Shown piece by piece: positions 30,483-32,000 of a stretch of 32,000 nucleotides of DNA; position 1 is the first letter of the stretch, and every line of letters starts with the position of its first letter. The translations under genes were made by a program, and so were the position numbers. Origin of the DNA: Thermotoga neapolitana DSM 4359 (lineage in GTDB: Bacteria; Thermotogota; Thermotogae; Thermotogales; Thermotogaceae). The stretch covers positions 496,729 to 528,728 of the forward strand of contig NC_011978.1 in assembly GCF_000018945.1 (NCBI RefSeq), read 5' to 3'. The notes under the pieces are model-generated. The model saw nothing but the letters and a program-made list of their open reading frames with translations. It was not told where the DNA came from and made no database searches.

Positions 30483-32000
30483 TCTTCCAGAGATACTCCC
30501 ACCTTCTCCTCAAACACAATGAAAATTCCTTCCTCACCCGCAAATGCGTCAACGATCTTTCTTGTGAAACTCTGCCTGACTCCCTCTGTTACGTCTATTA
30601 CCTCATTTTCACCGATGGCGAATATCTTTTCCTGAAAGCGCAGAATCTTTACTGGAACGGAGAGTGCCAGATGCCCCATTTCCAATTTCTCTCCTGAGAC
30701 ATAAGCAACAGAACCATCACTCAAAAGTATGTAAAGGGCGTCATCCACGAAAGTTCCATCGACTATGTCTGCACCATCTCCAAATAAAGAACTCAGTACT
30801 CTCTCTTTTTCAGCGAAATCTTCATCGAGAACGATGATCTCCTTGCTACTCAAAAGTAGATACCTTCCATTCTCTTCTTTTATGGAAACTCCGATTCCAG
30901 GTGAAGTGGCAAGAAGCTTCTCTTTTCCATCTTCGAAAAGGTAGTACCTCACACCACCTGGAACCATCTGTGCATAGAGAATGGCATCTTTTGTTATCAA
31001 AGCATCTTCTACATCAACGTTCACAGGGAAGGGTGCGTACCTGCTTATTCCTACTCTGTCTATCAGATATATATCACCTTTACTCAGAAAAGAGATGTAA
31101 TCGTTCACCTTCTTGAAAAATTTCACGCTTCCCTTGAACATCTCTCTGTCCCACATCAGAACACCCGAGCCGGTGGCGACATACACATCCTTCCCAAGAG
31201 TCGATCCCGCTGTGTAGGAAGATAGTGTCAGCGATCGAACCCGCCTCAGGAAATTTTTCGATAGAAACTTTTGAGGGAACACTTTCTTTTCAACTTCTAC
31301 TTTTTCCTCCTGGGGACTGAGGCTCTCTGAAGAGATCTCTGGATTTTGTACTGGGAGGTACTCTCTGTAACTGTCATCTTTGAACCCGGAGAAAACGGGA
31401 GTTTCGTAGCCTAGGAGTTCTTCCACCCGTGACAGGTTCTCTCTCTGCGAGTAAAGATCGTAGAAGCTTCCTTTCAGTTGCAGTGTTTTGCCTATTCTAC
31501 ACGATTGGATGGAAACAAATCCGTCGCCGTTTTCTTTCACAAACTCCGGATAGAACTTCTCCAGTTCGGTTCCCGAAACATCGACACCGTAGGGGGGAGT
31601 GTCTCCACAGATGGAAAATATTTCCACATCTTTCCCGTTGAAATTTTCCAGTTGTCTTATCAACGAAGAATCAGGCAGGATTTCCAGTGCCACCTCTCCC
31701 AGAGTATCTATGAGGTTTCTGATGTGAAGTGTCATCATCTTCAACTTCGTCCACTCCACTCCAAAGATTCCACTGAGCACCTCTGGATCTTTTTCGAAAA
31801 ACATCGAGGAAAAATACAGTGGGTTGACCACGTTGGTTCCACGCACTGGAGTGGAAAAAAGAACGACCCTTCTGACGTTCCCCACCTCAGGATGGCGCTG
31901 AAGCATCCTCAAAACAATCAAACCACCCGTTCCATGGGCAAGGATGTCGAAATCGTACCTCGAGAGTTCAAGCAGTTCTTTCGAGAGAAAGTCCGCCTCA
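30464..32000 (-). CDS. alpha/beta-hydrolase (lipase-like) fold N-terminal domain + large beta-rich C-terminal domain; N-terminus beyond the right edge
   Basis: The track's TTG at 31921 is internal. The frame stays open to 32000 and reads ...EADFLSKELLELSRYDFDILAHGTGGLIVLRMLQRHPEVGNVRRVVLFSTPVRG, a nucleophile-elbow-like strand-turn-helix. About 400 further residues are beta-strand-rich. Confidence 0.65.
   Translation of the reverse strand, partial: EADFLSKELLELSRYDFDILAHGTGGLIVLRMLQRHPEVGNVRRVVLFSTPVRGTNVVNPLYFSSMFFEKDPEVLSGIFGVEWTKLKMMTLHIRNLIDTLGEVALEILPDSSLIRQLENFNGKDVEIFSICGDTPPYGVDVSGTELEKFYPEFVKENGDGFVSIQSCRIGKTLQLKGSFYDLYSQRENLSRVEELLGYETPVFSGFKDDSYREYLPVQNPEISSESLSPQEEKVEVEKKVFPQKFLSKNFLRRVRSLTLSSYTAGSTLGKDVYVATGSGVLMWDREMFKGSVKFFKKVNDYISFLSKGDIYLIDRVGISRYAPFPVNVDVEDALITKDAILYAQMVPGGVRYYLFEDGKEKLLATSPGIGVSIKEENGRYLLLSSKEIIVLDEDFAEKERVLSSLFGDGADIVDGTFVDDALYILLSDGSVAYVSGEKLEMGHLALSVPVKILRFQEKIFAIGENEVIDVTEGVRQSFTRKIVDAFAGEEGIFIVFEEKVGVSLEEWRVEG

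Overview
This looks like a core-chromosome segment of a hyperthermophilic Thermotoga-type bacterium. It carries reverse gyrase, a membrane pyrophosphatase and very GC-rich rRNAs in a visibly lower-GC, purine-rich coding background. The gene order matches what I remember of T. maritima TM0162-TM0184 read in reverse, but I could not verify that here. I call 24 protein genes, most of them tightly packed or overlapping on the minus strand. There is one complete rRNA operon on the minus strand: promoter ~10983, 16S, tRNA-Ile(GAU), tRNA-Ala(UGC), 23S, 5S, terminator ~5063. The stand-out feature is a 700-nt group I intron (6233-6932) that interrupts the 23S rRNA gene after the equivalent of E. coli U1931. 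It encodes a single-motif LAGLIDADG homing endonuclease (6238-6735). This is rare in bacteria, although I recall similar introns reported for a few Thermotoga strains, so it is probably not new. I found no CRISPR array, IS or transposase, prophage, toxin-antitoxin pair or recognisable defence gene. I therefore cannot honestly claim a novel multi-gene system. The best candidates for unexplored biology are: (1) an orphan ACP translationally coupled to a DUF89 phosphatase; (2) a minus-strand operon of a lipase-fold protein lacking its nucleophile, a TPR/acidic membrane protein and a DUF368 transporter; (3) a B12-radical-SAM / CN-hydrolase pair with a 62-nt overlap; (4) a 12-nt motif shared by the bases of the 16S and 23S processing stems. 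Many ORFs in the supplied track are antisense or rRNA-embedded artefacts and are listed as rejected. All family assignments come from motif reading by eye; no searches were run.
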